From NCBI RefSeq assembly GCF_009914755.1, contig NC_060929.1: DNA of 64,000 bases; one strand, given 5' to 3'. The notes under the pieces are model-generated. The model had not been told where the DNA came from and made no database searches. It worked only from the letters and a program-made list of their open reading frames with translations. How positions within the stretch are numbered: position 1 is the first letter of the stretch; each line of letters opens with the position of its first letter. The DNA comes from the human T2T-CHM13v2.0 reference genome, Homo sapiens. Of this stretch, positions 62,204-64,000 are shown piece after piece. A program made the translations under genes and the position numbers.

Positions 62204-63520
62204 CCAATTAGTGAAAGAAGCTCTTGTCTGCTATACGTGGTAATTCCAGCTGTAGGCAGCAGAGGTAGTTGTTTTCACAGAAAACATGAGATACTAATTA
62301 TTCATGTGAGTTTCTCTCCTAATTTTAATTTCAAATGTTAAAGTCTTTTATATTACTGATCTTTTGTATTACAATTCCTTTCTCTCTCTCTCTCCTTTTG
62401 CCCTTCCTTTAACAAATTATGTTTTGCTATACAGGTCAACACTGTTAATTACTTTTTGTTTACTCACTTTTTAACTCTCCAATCGAGTCCCCAATTACTA
62501 TGACAAGCATAAATATCCCGGGGTGGACACTATTACAATTATACCACTTTATAAAATGACGGTTTCTTCTTGCTCCTGTAAGAAGATTACAAATTGAATG
62601 TTGAATAATCATGATGTAGAAAGCACTGTGGGAGGGTGGTATGGGAAAAATAAAGATGAACACGTTTACCCCAGGATAAGAGGTTTAAACCAAGAGCTTG
62701 TAGATAAAGAATTCCAAACATTCACCTCTTAAAACTATTTAATTCCAAATCCTTTCATGTGACTATCTTAGTGCCATGGTGTTCTGAGATTAATCTTTAG
62801 TGTTCATGTTCAAAAGGACAAGCACCAAATATCCATGTTGACCTATTTGGTCCCTTTCTTCTCCCAACTAACATGGCTGCTAGACCAATTAGCTGTTTAT
62901 TGCATAAACAGTGGGACTCGGGATGAACTGCTTAACCACTCTCACCCTTAATGTCTCCAGTAGTAAAGAAAAATGAAAATAATCATATGAGTTTTGGAGG
63001 ATTAGCGTGGTGACCCAATGAGATCTAGAACATGAAAGTATCGCTACTGTGCCTGGCATTTATAGGTGATAAATAAGTATGTGTTCTTTTCCTTTTTCTG
63101 AGCATCTCCCAGCAGCACATCTACTAACTGAAATATCTAGACATTCTAGGAATATCCAGACTTCACAAGGGGGTATAGCAAACAGAAGTGATAGTACTAG
63201 GCTGATGCCAATGATCATTGTGGCTGCTACTTTGCTGACTTCAAAGCTTATCTGTGAGATAATGTTTTTCTATTTAACTTATATCCCTTCCCCCGATCTG
63301 CTCCTCAACCCCTACTGCCACTCTGAGAATCCTAACACCCCAAGGTTCATTTCCCATCGAGTACCCTACTTTCATCAAGTTCAGCTGCTAAAAAATAGTT
63401 GGAGCTATCACATAGCAAAGCACACAAATGTTGATAAAGGAATAATTTAGCTGATACCCTGAGAGTAAAGGCAGAAATGACAATAGCTATTTAACATATT
63501 TCATTTTTCTCCTATGTAAA

Positions 63521-63700
63521 AATTGCAATTGATATGATAAAATTGTCCTCAAGCAGTCATTCCTGTCATATTAGCATGAACAGTTAGTTTGAAGTCTCAA
63601 ATGATATATTCTCCCATTGTTTCATGTTTCTTGACTGTTAAGGTTAATAGAAAGGGCCTACACTCATTAGAATAAAATTCTACTAAAAATATAATCTGAC
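63521..63700 (+). repeat. 180-bp interspersed direct duplication, copy B
   Basis: Matches 62024-62203 and ends in a fold-back junction. Confidence 0.93.
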
Positions 63701-64000
63701 TTTTAAATCAGATTATAAAAGTATAATCTGATTTTTATGAGAGAACAAGTGATTTCAAGTACTTTAATTATGGTAAAAATCATTTTAAGACATTGCTGAA
63801 GAGGCACGAGATGGTGATAGGATCCTATTAAACTAGGCCATTGATTGTTTTTATCATATCCATGATGAACTGTAACATTTTTACTTCACTGAAGTAGATA
63901 TGAGTACGTGCTGTCTTCATATGTTTGAAACCCTAGGCAAATTAGTAAGAATAGTCCATTGTTTTTACCCTCTTTAAATAGAGGGACCAAATAAATAATT

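Overview
Primate (most likely human) genomic DNA, not microbial. The window holds the 5' end of AP3B1 (AP-3 adaptor beta-3A, the Hermansky-Pudlak type 2 gene) on the minus strand. Coding exon 1 (36079-36206) lies in a CpG-island promoter with a perfect NRF1 palindrome, followed by a 26.6-kb intron 1, the 76-nt exon 2 (9393-9468) and part of intron 2. About 28 kb of upstream intergenic DNA follows. Most of the rest is transposon fossils: ~35 Alus, old L1/L2/MIR, MER4/MST/MLT LTRs, a two-LTR THE1 element with a nested THE1 LTR, Tigger1/3a/6a and hAT MITEs, plus U6 and Y3 RNA retrocopies. Nearly all ORFs in the supplied track are repeat artefacts. I see no new protein-coding system. The most unusual signal is a set of fossil repair or template-switch scars: three 100-245 bp segments duplicated 1.5-1.9 kb from their donors, a micro-inversion that leaves a Tigger's terminal repeats in direct orientation, and several fold-back hairpins. 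Repeat subfamily names come from recalled consensus sequences, and repeat boundaries are approximate unless a TSD is quoted.
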